Source of the DNA: an uncultured archaeon | GTDB taxonomy: Archaea > Asgardarchaeota > Thorarchaeia > Thorarchaeales > Thorarchaeaceae | NCBI GenBank assembly: GCA_964590575.1 | Contig: CAZPWM010000026.1 | Location: 1 to 37,030 of the forward strand | Reading direction: 5' to 3' | DNA length: 37,030 nt | Shown here: piece after piece, positions 36,468-37,030 of the stretch | How positions within the stretch are numbered: position 1 is the stretch's first letter | Layout of the letters: each line of letters opens with the position of its first letter | Notes under the pieces: model-generated | Databases searched by the model: none | Told to the model about the DNA's origin: nothing | The model's input: only the letters and a program-made list of their open reading frames with translations | Program-made: the position numbers and the translations under genes

Positions 36468-37030
36468 TTAATCCTTAGGTTTAACTGGGGAAGGAAGTTT
36501 CTTCTCTGCTGCGATTAGGTACCCATTATCGACAGCCTCTAGCACATCACTATATGCCCTTCTCTCACCGTAGCCTAGTATACTGGCTGACTTGATAATA
36601 CCCTCAACGGATACGCCATGGTCTATCTCCATCGCATCAACTGCAGCTGATACAGCGTGGAGGTGTTTTGGTAAACTCTTGTTCACACCGACATATCGTT
36701 TCATCAATTGTCCATCAAAGTAACTTTCAAAGATGTCATCAAAGGTATCATTAAGGGTTGGAGATCTGACCATTGTTCGCATTGTGTCATCCTCGTGATC
36801 ATAGAGACCCCCTACTTCCCTGCCGAAGGTTTCTAGCTGTGTCTTTTGCCTTGCTGAAGCTGATTCAACTGTTATAATAGCACAGATGAGAGCCTCTGTC
36901 TGAACCGCAGTTATGACCTCAGTAATTGGTATTGCTGTCCAAGTAGTTTCTTCCATGGAAAACTCAGATCTGAATTGTGAGATAGCTGAAATGAAGGAGC
37001 TAAGGAGAGCTTCTTCAAAACCACCTTTCA
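36468..37030 (-). CDS. Longin-like domain plus C-terminal winged-helix-like domain (5' end outside the window)
   Basis: The frame stays open upstream of the track's Met at 36956 and reads KGGFEEALLSSFISAISQFRSEFS, like the longin/roadblock helix motif. The C-terminus has a wHTH-like pattern ending LEAVDNGYLIA. Confidence 0.55.
   Translation of the reverse strand, partial: KGGFEEALLSSFISAISQFRSEFSMEETTWTAIPITEVITAVQTEALICAIITVESASARQKTQLETFGREVGGLYDHEDDTMRTMVRSPTLNDTFDDIFESYFDGQLMKRYVGVNKSLPKHLHAVSAAVDAMEIDHGVSVEGIIKSASILGYGERRAYSDVLEAVDNGYLIAAEKKLPSPVKPKD

Noticed and set aside
1-37030. CRISPR arrays, transposases, integrases, reverse transcriptases, rRNA or tRNA genes
   Set aside because: No repeat-spacer periodicity or diagnostic motifs were seen by eye.

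Overview
Archaeal chromosomal window. It is most likely from an Asgard archaeon (Thorarchaeia-like); this is inferred from the gene repertoire (archaeal-type TyrRS, eukaryote-like PPP phosphatase, LRR protein, longin-like domain, giant surface proteins), not from a database search. From left to right it contains: a partial FtsX-type ABC permease, several small membrane proteins, a large PIN-domain protein, a cupin, a SLOG protein and a PPP phosphatase. Next come a four-gene DUF362-UbiA-PHP-flippase-like cluster and tyrS. About 15.6 kb is taken up by two tandem, translationally coupled paralogous giant single-pass proteins (2615 and 2583 aa) with long Ig-like repeat stalks and a conserved ~190-aa cytoplasmic tail. 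Just upstream of them lies a co-oriented membrane-anchored metzincin protease. The right end holds an NDP-forming acyl-CoA synthetase alpha subunit, a membrane protein, an LRR protein and a partial longin-like protein. Two GC-rich intergenic segments (5089-5242 and 32933-33047) fold into nested multi-stem structures and are candidate unannotated RNAs. No CRISPR array, tRNA, rRNA or transposase was seen. All family calls are by eye from motifs.
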